Under the pieces are notes generated by a model. That model had not been told where the DNA came from and searched no databases. It worked only from the letters and a program-made list of their open reading frames with translations. A DNA stretch of 64,000 nt. Origin: Hemiscyllium ocellatum (lineage: Eukaryota). Both the position numbers and the translations under genes were made by a program. Below, piece after piece: positions 1 to 12,500 of the stretch (its first letter is position 1; each line of letters opens with the position of its first letter). Location of the stretch: the NCBI RefSeq assembly GCF_020745735.1, contig NC_083414.1:13454001-13518000 (forward strand). The letters are read 5' to 3'.

Positions 1-1140
1 TACTTTTGACAACAGTATGAGGACACAATTGGCACCAGATAAACTATTGATGCTAGTTCAGTTCATATCATGACGTCTGTGTTCCTGATAATTCTTTCCT
101 TTTGTTTTCACATGCTAGAAGTTTGGAAAGTTAATTACTGCTGCACTATCTGTTAAATGAAATCTCATATTACACAGTAAATACTCGGAAAATTCAATTT
201 TTACAGGACCCAATATTCAACAATTTTTCACAGCAAATGTGTGTTAATGTTGTTCAGAGATTACTCAGAATGGTCACTCAGTTTGGAAAATTCATTGTGA
301 GCTTAGCAAAATCACCCTTGTGAGAACTTTTGCGAGAAGGGTAAGCAGTGGCCTTTTTGGAATTGAGCAACTTAATTAATTTCAACAGATAAAAGAGAGG
401 CTCATCTCTTCAGATGTGTTGGCACATTAGAATTCCCAGATTTTTCATGATGGTGGCTGCAATTTTATCTTCAAGCAGTCCTTGGAGATGTGCTTACTCA
501 GGAAGGTGGTAAAAGGAAGTCAGCCTACTTTGCTTCCACGTCATTAACTGAAACAACATAGGTATCAATAGGGAAAGGAGAGAAATGTGGCAGTACCATA
601 GATATGTAAAAGATTCTCTAATTGATGGGATTGCAATTTCAAACTAAGACAAACCATAATCCCTTGGTCATTCTGCTGAATTCTAAAGATACAGTCAAAA
701 TGCCTCTGTATGCACAACATTTTAGACTCAGATTGATGTGTTAGCATCGTACAATTGTGCACATACCATGAAGAAATTAGACCACAGCAATCACATTGTC
801 AAGAGTCACAGTTGGTCATACAGAAACTCCAGAATGAACACTTAGTTCAGAAGTAAAAGCATTTTCACTGGTCATAACATAAATTGATGCCAACTTCTGA
901 TAAAAAGCTACAAGAAATTAGGAAAACAGAAAAGGAGGATGTGGTATGTCTGCGGACTTAGAAATTTAGCTGAGAATGCTGGTCAAGATAGTGTCCAATC
1001 ACCTCTGAAGGAACTAGCAGACAAAACACCTAGTAACAGTGGACAAGCTTCTAGTCTTCAATCATTATTTGTAATACTAAAGCCACGAGGGAGAAGATTC
1101 TTCATGCAATCCTTAATGGTCACTTATGGATAGTGAAGCA

Positions 1141-1490
1141 TAGAACTCTGTGTGGTGGCCAGGAATTTTGATCTGTCATTCTAGTGCAACAAATAGCTAA
1201 ATTCCAATAGAACTATCTACTTTTCCGCACATGCTATGATAAACGTAGGAATGGATTGAATGTAGGGGTGGTTTGAAGCTCACATTCTGAAGCTGAATCA
1301 ACGTTAATAATAAAATTAATAATAACGAATATTTTTGACGTATTATTTTCTAGGCAAAACTGTGTCAGAGAATGGTCCACAGTTCATGAATAAATATTTT
1401 TTAAAATTTGCAGGAGACACTGGAATCAATCATCAGCAATTCTTTTCATCCACAAGCCAATGGTAAGATAGAAAAAGTGGTGAAAATCTA
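1141..1490 (+). mobile_element. Decayed Gypsy-like LTR retrotransposon integrase remnant
   Basis: Peptide motifs in the expected order despite frameshifts and stops: NSVWWPGI (1144), VSENGPQF (~1363, cf. SDNGPQF), HPQANGKIEKVVK (~1447, cf. HPQSNGxAER). Confidence 0.6.
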
Positions 1491-2124
1491 AGATTGGTGA
1501 TTGGGATTTAGCCCTACTGAACATCTCCAAGCAACAGATTCACATTGGCAGGTTTGCTGATGGGCTGAAGGTAGAGAACATCAATATCAATATTGAAGTA
1601 AAACCTAAGATTATTTATTATAGTGGATGACTATGAATGAATGAGAAACACTGGAAAGAATCAACAAAAAAACAGAAGAACTGATACATTTTCATTTGTT
1701 CTCAAAGCAGGGATCAGAGGTATAACCCTTAGGCAAACTTAATATTCATGAGCTATCTTATTCAACTCTAATTGGAATATTCAGAAGAAACTGAAAGACT
1801 TTAACATTATTAAAAGCTGCAAGGATTATTTAGTTTGAATATCACTAGGTCTGGGAAGATGACAGGAAAACTACATCAATTGCCTCATAAAATGATGATC
1901 TAATGAGTGAAATTACTGAAGGCAATCACTTTCAATTAACGCTGATAAGAACAAGATCAGAGAGAGCAATAAAAGTCTTGATCTCTGAAATTTTGACTTT
2001 TGGGGAGGATGAATTGATGGGAATATGAATAATTCAAGGAAATATTTGGACAAAATAGTTTGGTTATGTTGTTGAAAATTTGAAATTATACTTTGGTAAG
2101 AGGGCAGGTGGGAGATAGAAACAT

Positions 2125-3260
2125 AGAAAATAGGAACAAGCATAGGCCATTTGGTCCTTTAAGCTTTCTCACCCATCTAATATAGTCATGGCTGATCATC
2201 TTTCGTCCCATTTCCTTTGATCCTTTTAGCACTAAAAGTTATGTCTAATTCTTGAAAACATTCAATGTTTTGGCTTCAATGCTTTCTGTGGCAGCAAATT
2301 CCACAGGCTCACCAGTATCTGGGTGAAGAAATGTTTCCTCATCTCAGTCCAAAATGACCTACCCTGTAAATTTAGAGTGTGACCTGTGGTTCTGGACACC
2401 TGGTCATCGAGAACATCCTCCCTGAGTTTACCCTGTCTCATCCTGTTAGAATTTTGTAGATTTCTATGAGATCCCACTTCATTCTCCTAATCTCCAGTGG
2501 GTACAATTCTAAGTGGTCTAGTCTCTCTTCATGTTTCAGTCCTACTATCTCAGACTTAAAACCTTTGTTGCACTCATAACCATAATATCCTTCCTCAAAT
2601 AAGGAGGCCAGAACTGCACGCAATACTCCAGGTGTGGTCTCACCAAAGCCTTGAATAATTGCAGCAAGACATTCCTGCTCCTGTACTCACGTCCTCTCAC
2701 TATGAAGGTGAACATTCCATTTGTTTTCTTCACTGCCTGCTCGACCTGCATGCTTACTTTCAGCAATTGGTATACAAGGACACCCAAGTGTTTCCCAATA
2801 TATCACCATTCACATAACAACCCACCTTCCTGTTTTTGCTACCAAAGTGAATATTCTCACATTTATCAACAACATACTTCATCTGCTACATATTTGCTCA
2901 CTCATTCAATTTGTCAAATCACATTGAAGCATGACTGCATCCTCACAGTTCACTCTCCCACCTAACTTTGTCTCGCCTGAACATTTGGAGATATTACATT
3001 TAGTTCCCTCATCTAATTTTTTTTTGTGAATAGCTGGTTTCCAAGCACTGATCCCCACTGGTCATTGGCTGCCATTCAGAAAATGACCTGTTTATTCCTA
3101 CTCTCTGCTTCCTGTCTACTAGTCAGTTCTCCATCTATGCTAGTACACTCATCTAAATCCAATATGTTTTAGTTTTACATGCTAAAATCTTACATGGGAC
3201 TTTATCAAATACCATCTGAAAGTCCAAATGAACCACATTCACTAGTTGCCCTTTATTAAC
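2125..3260 (-). mobile_element. CR1-type LINE, decayed 3' fragment
   Basis: Minus-strand peptides LVRPHLEYCVQFW and TTGHTLNL..RTEMRKHFFTQ typical of the CR1 ORF2 C-terminus; CR1 3' end near 2125. Confidence 0.85.
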
Positions 3261-3679
3261 TTTATGAGTTATATGAAATAGTGATATGTAGGATGATGTA
3301 ACAGTGACATCAACAATCATGTTAGACTAAAAGAAGAGAGAAGGGATAGTCTGTCCAAGGAGAGATCTTTATCTAATAGTGTGTAATAGTGCAAATAAAA
3401 AGAGTTTTACAGAACTCACCAGAAACAGCCTATAGTCACTCTTCAGTACAGAGACTTACTAATTTAAGCCACCAGTTAACTAAAGCAACATCCAAGAGTC
3501 AAATCAAACCACAAATCACAGTGGAAGCTATATTTTGCTGCTTATCTGCAGCAAGATCCCTAGGTTTTGCAATCTCTTTGCTGGCTACTTTTCTGAAATA
3601 TTACCCTCACTAGTCAGGTTACTTCTGCTATTACTCCAAGTTTTGCAGATTACATGGGAACACCAACATCTGTTAAGTT

Positions 3680-3890
3680 CCCTATAAGACACTGAAAATT
3701 GTAACTTGGAAACATATTGCTGTTCCTTCACTGTCATTGGGTCAAAATCTTGGAATTTCCTCCCAAAGGCATTGTGAGTCAATCCAAAGCACGTGGACTG
3801 TATTGGTTTAAAAAAGCCGATCACTACCACCTCCTGATGGGTAAGAAATGCTGGCCCGCTAGCAATGCCTACATTCCACAAATGAATAGT
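3680..3890 (+). mobile_element. L2/CR1-group LINE 3' end fragment
   Basis: Resembles L2-type 3' termini; a related fragment lies at ~46190-46335. Confidence 0.5.
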
Positions 3891-4740
3891 AGAAAAAGCT
3901 GTTCCCCATTCTGCCATTCCTCTATTTCCATGTTTCTTTTCAGCTTGATCTCTAGTTTCCCATTAACCCCAACATTACTCTACAACTAATCCAAGCTTCA
4001 TCTTCCTTTTCAAATCAAACCTTCTCTTTTTCCCTGACATAGATGCCCTATTGTAATTACTCTTTTATCCCTCGTGCTTCTTGGCTGTCCAAAGCACATT
4101 CCTTAGTCTCGATTTTTACCTCATCCCACTCCCAGTTTCCCTCTCATATCTCCACCCACTAAGCACTTAAAATGTTTGTGGTCAAAACAGCCAGATACAA
4201 TCCTACAACCAACTCTGTGAGTGGGTGAACAGTCAGGGGTATTTCACAACACTGTGAGAAAGATTATTACCACAAAAGACATGCCTGTTTTGGATGGAGT
4301 GGCACCCCCATCTCTTCTCCCATGTGTACGGTTCTCCTGGTATTCCTGGAACCTCACATCTGGGCAACCAATCTTGACTATAGGGGATCAACTTTTGTAG
4401 TCCAATAATGTAATCCAATCATGAAATGTGATCAGATATTCAAGCTTCCATTGGTAACTCCTTGAATGTACATGGTCAGTATTTGCTAATTTTCTGTATT
4501 AATATTTATGAATATGTCATTGCTACTGTATTCTAAAACCAACAAGGCAACTGCCTTAGATTGCCATGTCATTTTGTTCTTAAACAAAATTCAATTAATT
4601 GAGAATTTCTTTCCTTTAATTGTTTCAAAAATAGCATGCGACATGAAAAATTTACAACAAAATTGCTGTCAAAAACACGATTTTTTTTGTTGGATGGTAT
4701 TTAATTTAAAAATCACACAACACTAGGATATAGTCCAACA

Positions 4741-4940
4741 GGCAGCATCCAAGGAGCAGGGAAAATCGACGTTTCGGGCAAAAAGCTGTTCATCAGGAAT
4801 ATCTATTCCTGATGAAGGGCTTTTGTCCGAAACGTCGATTTTCCTGCTCCTTGGATGCTGCCTGACCTGCTGTGCTTTTCCTACACCACTTTAAGCTAGA
4901 GACTGGTTTCCAGCATCTGCAGTCCTTGTTTTTACCTTTT
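4741..4940. mobile_element. Fold-back PLE terminus (family A) nested in the family C element
   Basis: Inverted arms ~4739-4800 and 4805-4864; direct repeat atatagtccaacagg at 4728 and 4941 read as TSD. Confidence 0.8.
4805..4840 (+). ncRNA. Minimal type I hammerhead ribozyme motif (family A)
   Basis: ATTC-CTGATGA-A-GGGC-TTTT-GTCC-GAAA-CGTC-GATT; stem I is imperfect. Confidence 0.6.
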
Positions 4941-5578
4941 ATATAGTCCAACAGGTTTATTTGTAAGTAGAAACTTTTGGATAGCTGTTCCTTCGTCAGG
5001 TAGGTCATGGGGCAGGATCATTTGACAGAATTTATCGTAAAAAAATTCGAAGTGTCATATAACTGATGCAATGTATTGAACAAACTTAGATTGCAGTTAA
5101 TTCTTTAATCACTTAGAATCTGTAGGCAGTCAATCCAGGTGACATTTTTAAAATTCCTACTTTGGAAATAGATTCTGGATCAGTGGTGCTGGAAGAGCAC
5201 AGCAGTTCAGGCAGCATCAACCAGACTGACTCAAGGTTGGGATATTGACTGACTCTAGGTACTGCTCCTCGGATGCTGCCTGAACTGCTGTACTTTTCCA
5301 GCATCACTCTACTATAGACTGACTCTAACCTCACTCCTTTAATACATTGTCTGAACTGAGATGTCACTTTTTAAAAAGTTTTAAAAATAAAAACTTAAGT
5401 TATCTTGGGACTGTGACTTGAAAGAAGTTCTGGATTTACATGTTAATCAATCGAAACCTGCATCCCCCATTCTAAGTGATTAAATAGCAATCTAGGTTTA
5501 TTCAATACATCACATCAGTTGCATGACATTTTGATATTTTCCTATAAATTCTGTGTCCTGTGTATCCTGAGCACTAGC

Positions 5579-5613
5579 TACCTGATGAAAGAGCAGCGCT
5601 TCGAAAGCTTGTA
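5579..5613 (+). ncRNA. Minimal hammerhead motif (family C), partly decayed
   Basis: TAC-CTGATGA-A-AGAGC-AGC-GCTTC-GAAA-GCTT-GTA; palindromic AGCT in place of stem III. Confidence 0.55.
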
Positions 5614-5719
5614 CTTCCAAATAAACCTGTTGGACTATAAGCTGATGTTCTGTGATTTTTAACTTTGTACACTCCAGTCCAACACTGGGAATTCCATACC
5701 ATTGAAAACTAATGTGAGA

Positions 5720-6550
5720 GATAAAACGAAACGCGTTCTCGTTGCCAGGTAACTGTACTTTGTCTATTCTCGGATACTGTAGTTGGAGCCGTTAACCTTC
5801 CATTCACATTGACAGATTCGCCATCAGTCAAGCCGGTTCGGTTCGAGATTGCACAAGAGATGAATGCTTGTTAAAAATAGGAATTCTCCATGCTCTCCCC
5901 AGAGATGAAATAAGATGTGTTAGAGGTGGTGGGTTTGTTGAGGAGGTTGGATTTTTGTGTCGAAAGTGCGGTTGTTGGGAGAGGCCGTGTCGGTTGGTCA
6001 TTCCCCCATCCCCCTCCCAGTCACCTCCTTGTCCCGGGCGGGCTCGGTGCTTCCAGTATCGGCAGTGTCCCAGTCAGTGACTGGCGGGCAGCTAGGGGCG
6101 AGGGAAGGTTCCACTCCCGAGTGATGCGGCTGCCGGAGCGGCGATGGAGGCGCCGTCTTGGGATCTCGGGCTGTTCTCATTCCTGCTGGAGCGTCTCCTC
6201 TCCTTCTGCAGCGAGTTCGCTCAGGACTGGAGCAGCAACGACATGAGGGTGACCATCTTCAAGATCCTACTGGGCTGGCTGCTGGGCAGCTTGGTGGCTA
6301 TCCACATGGCCTGGAAGTTTTATGGGGCGACAGTCAATGACATGTACTACAGGCAAGGTATGTATGTGTGTATGTGTGTGTGTCGGGGGACGGTGAGCGG
6401 CGGCTGTTGTTGTTGGGAGTGTGTAGGGCGGGGATTCACTCGAATTTTACACTTCCCTAGTACGTGTTGTTGATATCAAGTTACTACTGCTAATTAAAGC
6501 TTCTGTACGATTTGGGCATCTCACGCTAACATCTGTGTCTCGCCAACGTT
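5720..6550 (+). promoter_or_regulatory. CpG-rich promoter/first-exon region of TCTA with RFX X-box
   Basis: Local CpG enrichment against a CpG-poor background; GTTGCCAGGTAAC at 5741-5753 matches the RFX consensus; GC-box-like ggggcgagg near 6095. Confidence 0.7.
6144..6357 (+). CDS. TCTA: T-cell leukemia translocation-altered protein, coding exon 1
   Basis: MEAPSW...SEFAQDWSSNDMRVTIFKILLGWLLGSLVAIHMAWKFYGATVNDMYYRQ resembles human TCTA ([24 protein letters not shown]...); strong Kozak gcgATGg; donor AG/gtatgt at 6357/6358, phase 1. Confidence 0.93.
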
Positions 6551-6769
6551 TTTGTAAATTATAATTGTGGTTAACGACCTGGATACATTTTTTGTATGAT
6601 GTCGTTTGAGGGATCGATATTATCCAGGATACCAGGAATCACTTGAGTTTCCAAGACTTTGGACTTGAAATATTAGCTCTGTTTCTCCCCTCCACAGATG
6701 CTACTAGACTCCAGTTTTCTTTTTTTACTTCAAATCTTCAGCATGAGCAATGCTTTTAATAACTGGGAA

Positions 6770-7000
6770 ACTCATTTGCACTTCTTTGAAATAGTGCCAA
6801 AGATCTTTTATATTTGCCTGAACAAGTAGATGGGACCTGGGTTCATTTGAAAGATGGCATTTCTGGCAGTTGCCTGCTACTTCTACTGGACTGGAGTGTC
6901 AGCCTTGTTTTTTTTTAAATGTGCTGAACCCCTAGTTTGGGACTTTGTCCCAACACCTTGTAGTCTGGAGGTGAGTGCTACCAACTGAGCCACAGCTAGC
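6770..7000 (-). mobile_element. Decayed Deu-domain SINE (SacSINE1/AmnSINE-like)
   Basis: tRNA-like head on the minus strand near 6940-6997 and Deu-core-like gaaagatggcatttctggcag; similar relic ~42196-42357. Confidence 0.5.
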
Positions 7001-7104
7001 ACTGTAGCCCAGAAGTTGTTCACTTGGAAGGGCAGATGACCTGAAACATTTGATAAAACAAATTGCTTAAAGTTTGGTGTTGTTGCTCACATAAAATCAG
7101 ATAA

Positions 7105-7421
7105 TCATGCCAAGAGGCTATTCAGCCCATTGAGTCTGCACCAACCCGCTGAAGAGCTCATTCCAACCAAACCCAACCCCTTACCTATCCCTACCATTAC
7201 CATGGCTAATCCACATAGCCTGCACATGGATGAGTTGGACCGAAAGTCTGTTTCCGTGCTGTACATCTTTGGACTGTGGAAGAAAACCAGAGTACCTGAC
7301 AGAAACCCATCCAAACACACGGAGAATGTGGAAACTCTACTCAGTCACTCAAGGCTGGAATCACACCTGGGTCCCTGGTGCTGTGAGGCATCAGTGCTAA
7401 CCACTGAGCCACTGTGCTGCC
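7105..7421 (-). mobile_element. HE1-type V-SINE
   Basis: Reverse complement of the head and core seen at 8144. Confidence 0.75.
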
Positions 7422-8143
7422 TGTGTGAATTCATTGTGAATTCTTGTCTTCGTCTTTACCGTTTTCACCAACAGTGGTTTCCTGTGCAATTGAAGGCTTT
7501 TTCTAAAAATAAAAAGTCAATGTTCTGTAACCTCTGTCCTTCTGCCCCAAAACTGAAGATGCTGACAGTCCCAAGAACATTGGTAATCAAGGAAGTGGTC
7601 ACCTCTCACAAACACTTTGGGTAATAATTGCAGGTAATTTAAATGAACCTTGTTTTTATCAGAACCAAGAATGTCAAGAACAGTAACTTGTCCCAGCCTT
7701 CTGCATAATAGCTAAAGTCAACTTTTGTCTCTTCTCTTAAATTCAGTAACATTTGTCTGTAATATTTTGCTGGCTGAGTTCAGCTAATCTGTGAAGTTTG
7801 ATATTCAAGCATGATATTTTTCTTTCCATGGTTCCATTGTTGAGCAGATGCACTGGTGTGTTTTACCTCGTATGAAGTTGCTGACCAATTAATATTCCCT
7901 TTGCTTTAAGTTTATTTGAAGGTCAAGGCCATGTGCTGCAGGGAAAATGGTGTGTGAAGTATTCTCTAAATGGCCTCTCTGAATGATCAGATTTTTGCTT
8001 GAATTCTACATTCCTACCTGTTTCCTTTAACCGTTGATTTCCCCTATGGTTCAGAATTATGTTTATCTCAACCTTGAATGTCTTCAGTGACTCACCCTCT
8101 GTTCCCTGCAGAAGAGAATCCTCATCCTCTCTGAGACAACAAA

Positions 8144-8452
8144 TACAGTGGCTCAGTGGTTAGCACTGCTGTCTCACAGCACCAGGGTCCCAGATTCGAT
8201 TCCAGCTTCAGGTGACTGTCAGTGTGGAGTTTGCACATTCTCCCCGTGTCTGCGTGGGTTTCCTCCAGGTGCTCCGGTTCCCTCCCACAGTCCAAAGATG
8301 TGCAGGTCAGGTGAATTGGCCATGTTAAATTGCCCATAGTGTTCGGTGCATTATTCAGAGGGAAATGGGTCTGGGTGGTTTAATCGTCGGAGAGTCAGTG
8401 TGACTTGTTGGGTCGAAGGGCCTGTTTCCACACTGTTGGGAATCTAATCTAA
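8144..8452 (+). mobile_element. HE1-type V-SINE
   Basis: A-box gtggctcagtggttagc, B-box-like gattcgattcc, core tgtggagtttgcacattctccccgtgtctgcgtgggtttcctcc, CR1-like tail ending aatctaatctaa. Confidence 0.85.
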
Positions 8453-8814
8453 ATGCTTCCATTTGCTCCTCCTCCCCCTTGTTCTAGATCCTCCCATGAG
8501 GGAAAACAGCCTGATCCCCTGTCATGCGCTCTCATAATTTATATTGTAAATTTTATCATTCTTCTAAATTATGATGAGAATGGGCTTACTGTGCTCACCT
8601 TTTCTTGAAAAGATTCCCTTCACCCCTATAATCAACTTTCTCTGACTGTCACCAATGCAGTACATCCCTCCTTTAAATATGGAGTCAAAACTGTACATAG
8701 TACTTCAGGAGTGTTTTATGCAACTTTCTGAGCAATTCTGGTAAGACTTTGCTGTTTTAATGCTCCAATTCCGCTTGCAAAGAAGGCCCCTATTCCATTT
8801 GTCTTCATTGCTAG

Positions 8815-9130
8815 ACAATGACCTAGTGGTAGTATCGCTGGCTTGTTAAACCAGAGACTCAGGTAATGTTCTGGGGATCTGGGTTCAAATCTGCTATGCC
8901 AGGTGGTGAATTCCATAAATAATCTGGAATTAAGAGTCTGATGATTGTTGGAAAAACTCGCTCGGTTCACTAATGTCCTTCTGGGAGGGAAACTGTCTTC
9001 CTCACTTGGTCTGACCTATGTGTGACTACCAACCCACAGCAATGTGGTTGACTCTTAACTACACTCTGGACAATTAGGGATGGGCTATAAATACTAGCCT
9101 AGCTAATGATGTCCTCATTCAATGAATGAA
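8815..9130 (+). mobile_element. tRNA-derived SINE with L2-type tail
   Basis: B-box gggttcaaatc and atgaatgaat tail; related minus copy ~47088-47305. Confidence 0.6.
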
Positions 9131-9779
9131 TACAGTAAAATACTTGCTTTATCTGCATGCTAGCATTTTGTCTCATGTCTCATATAAGGATCCCTCTGGA
9201 CTGGAGCGTTCTGTAGTGTCAATCAGTTGTAAAAAATATTTTACTTCACCAACTTGCCTATCAAAGTGGATAACCTTTTTCCAGACTTTGTATTTTTGCT
9301 CATGGTAATGGTAATAATGCAGAACTTGTCATTTTTACAGATCTGTTTTATAATTTAGTTCCTAACCCCTCATTTTTTTCAACAGCCTCTTTTTTTTTCT
9401 TCTCAGTGTTATTGATATGTATGTGGACCATAATAACCTGATCTTTCCTCTTCTATTTCAAGTTCCTTTCCGCTCAGACTAGATGCTCTTAATATTAGTA
9501 CCAGACAAGCAATGTGGTTTTGGCTACCGACAGTCAGCTGCAGAAAACAGTATCTGTCCCACTATAACCACTACTACAATCACTTTTACACCCTGCATCT
9601 CTCAAATGGCTTCTAGTCTTTTGTTTCCTCCCTGCCATCACTGCTGTTGCCCTATAGGCTAAAAATAAATATTTTTCTTGTAATTCCAACTTAATTGAGC
9701 AACTGTTTGATTGGTCATATGTTCAGGATGTTCCATAACACCAAATTGTTTTTGGAATTATTTTACAGATAAAATATAT

Positions 9780-12030
9780 AGATTTAAAAGACATCTGGAT
9801 GGGTACATGAATAGGAAGGATTTAGAGGAATATGGGCCAAGTACTGGCTAGAATCAGGGAGAGTTCCCAGAGGACTGGAAAATTGCTAACATGACACCCC
9901 TTGTTCAAAAATGGAAGAAGGCAAAAAACAGACAATTACAGACCAATTAGCCTAACCTCTGTCATGGTAAGATCCTGGAATCCATTGTGAAGCATGAGAT
10001 GTCTGACTATTTGGAAGTATATGGTAAAATAGGGCAAAGTCAGCATGGTTTCATCAAGTGGAGGTCATGTCTGACAAATCTACTAAAATTCTTTGAGGAG
10101 ACCACTTTTGAAACATTGCATGCAATTCTGGTCTCCTTCCTATTGGAAGGATGCTGTGAAACTTGAAAGGGTTCTGAAAATATTAACAAGGACATTGCCA
10201 AGGTTGGAGGGTTTGAGCTATATGGAGAGCCTGAATAGGCTGGGGCTGTTTTCCCTGGAGCATCGGAGGCTGAGGGGTGACCTTAGAGGTTTATAAAATC
10301 ATGAGGGGCATGGACAGGGTAAATAGATAAGGTCTTTTCCATAGGTTGGGAGAGTCCAGAACTAGAGGGCATAGGTTTAGAGTGAGAGGGGAAAGATTAG
10401 GTAAGTTAGGTAAAGGGGCAATACAAAGAGATCTGGATATTCTTGTACACCAGTCAATGAAGGCAAGCATGCAGGTACAGCAGGTGGTGAAGAAAGCTAA
10501 TAGCATGCTGGCCTTCATAACTAGAAGGATTGAGTATAGAAGCAAAGAGGTTCTTCTACAGTTGTACAGGGCCCTGGTGAGACCGCACCTGGAATATTGT
10601 GTGCAGTTCTGGTCTCCAAATTTGAGGAAAGACATTCTGGCTATTGAAGGAGTGCAGCATAGGTTCACGAGGTCAATTCCTGGAATGGTGGGACTATCTT
10701 GTGTTGAAAGATTGGAGGGACTGAGCTTGTATACCCTTGCGTTTAGAAGACTGACAGGGGATCTGATTGAGACATACAAGATCATTAAAGGATTGGACAC
10801 TCTGGAGGCAGGAAACATGTTTTCACTGATGGGTGAGTGCCGAACCAGAGGACACAGCTTAAAAATAAGGGGAAGGCCATTTAGGACAGAGATGAGGAGA
10901 AACTGTTCACCCAGAGAGTGGTGTGTGTGTGGAATGCTCTGCCCCAGAAGGCAGTGGAGACCCAGTCTCTGGATTCGTTTAAGAAAGAGTTGGATAGAGC
11001 TCTCAAGGATAGTGGAATCAATGGTTATGGAGATAAGGCAGGAACAGGATACTGATTGAGGATGATAAGCCACGATCAGAATGAATGGTGGTGCAGGCTC
11101 GAAGGGCAGAATGGCCTACTCCTGCACCTATTGTCTATTGATATAAAAGAGACCTAAGGGCAACTTTTTTTATGCAGGGGATGGTGCGTGTGAGGAATGG
11201 GCTGCCAGAGGAAGTGGTGGAGGCTGGTACAATTGCAATATTTAAGAGGCATCTGGATGGGTATATGAGTAGGAAGGGTTTGGAGGGATATGAGCCAGGT
11301 GCTGGCAGGTGGGTCTAGATTAGGCAGGGATATCTGGTCGTCATGGATGAGTTGGACGGAAGGTTCTGTTTCCATGCTGTACACCTTTACGACTCTAAGT
11401 AACGAACAGGTTAAACCAAGGACAACCAATGGATGTTATCTCCCTGGACTTAAAAAACAAAGGCCTTTGAAAGGGCTCTGCAGAGGAGGCTGCTGAATAA
11501 GGTAAGGGCTCACGGTGTTAGAGACAAAGTGCTAGCATGGATAGAAGCTTGGCTGTCTGGCAGAGAGTGGGGATGAAAGGGCCGTTCTTAGGATGGGGTG
11601 ACAAGTGGTGTTCCACGAGGCTCAGTGTTGGGATCACAACGTTTCACTTTATACATTAACAATCTAAATGAAGGTACTGAGGGCATTCTAAGTTGGCAGA
11701 CAGTACAAAGATAGATAAGAGGACAGGTAGCACTAAGGAGATAGAGAGGCTGCAGAAGGATTTGGACAGCTTTGGAGAGTGGGCAAAGAAGTAGAGAGTA
11801 GAAGTAGGCAAAGATGGAGTACAGTGTGGGAAAATAAAAGGTTATACACTTGGGTAAGAAGAATAGAGGCATGGACTATTTTCTAAATGGGGAGAAAGTT
11901 CAGAAGTCTGAAGTATCTGTACAAAGAGACTTGGGAGTTCTAATCCTGGATTCTCTCAAGGTAACCTCACAGGTTGAGCTAGTAGTTAGTGGGGGGCAAA
12001 TGCAGTGATAGGATTTGAATATAAAAACAG
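9780..12030 (+). mobile_element. Three nested CR1 LINE fragments
   Basis: CR1 ORF2 peptides; outer copy breaks at ~10100 and resumes ~11398, middle copy breaks ~10396 and resumes ~11141, inner copy spans ~10397-11140. Confidence 0.8.
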
Positions 12031-12500
12031 GCATATGCTCTCTCTCTCTCCCCCGCCCAGAACCCTTCTGCCAGTGAATGTAATTTCGAGAAGAATGTTC
12101 TCTCACACTTGCTCTCGCTCGCTCGCTCTTTGATAGGAATTGAATATAAAAACAGGCATATACTCACTCCTGTGAGCTCTCTCTCTCCCCACGCCCCCCC
12201 GAACCCTTCAGCCAGTGAATGTAATTTCAAGAACGATGTGCTCTTTCTTGCTCTCGCTCACTGTCTCTCTCGTGCGCTCTCCCTCTCTTTCTCGGGCGCG
12301 CTCTCGCTCTCTCCCCACGCGTGCGCGCTCTCGCAGTCTCCCTCCCCGCGCTCTTCCCTCCCCCTCGTGCGCTCTGTCTCGCGCGCTCTCTCCGCTCTTG
12401 TCTCACACGCGCGTTCCCCCCGCTCTTGCTCTGCCGCTCTCTCTGGCGCGCTCTCTCTTTTGCGCGCGCGCGCTCTCTCTCTCTCACTCATTCCCCCCAC
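12007..12500. repeat. Imperfect ~100-bp tandem duplication followed by a CT/CG-rich low-complexity tract
   Basis: gatagga.ttgaatataaaaacaggcata...gccagtgaatgtaattt at 12007 and 12132; (CT)n/(CG)n mosaic at 12240-12490. Confidence 0.8.

Larger units (their letters stand above)
4706..5700. mobile_element. PLE-derived element with long diverged inverted arms (family C), hammerhead motif in each arm
   Basis: 4706-4740 plus 4941-5120 is the reverse complement of ~5469-5662; motif cctgatgaaagagcagcgcttcgaaagctt at 5581 is mirrored, decayed, at ~4970-5000; ~37 nt tail beyond the right arm. Confidence 0.7.

Noticed and set aside
5783-5792. TTGGAGCCGT resembling part of miR-135a-3p
   Set aside because: Only 10 nt, with no matching 5p arm or hairpin.
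6358-6473. C-terminal MYVCMCVC... of the 109-aa ORF
   Set aside because: Intron read-through; the donor at 6358 and exons 2-3 give the conserved TCTA C-terminus.
8144-8215. tRNA gene
   Set aside because: A/B boxes belong to a SINE head followed by the V-SINE core; no full cloverleaf.
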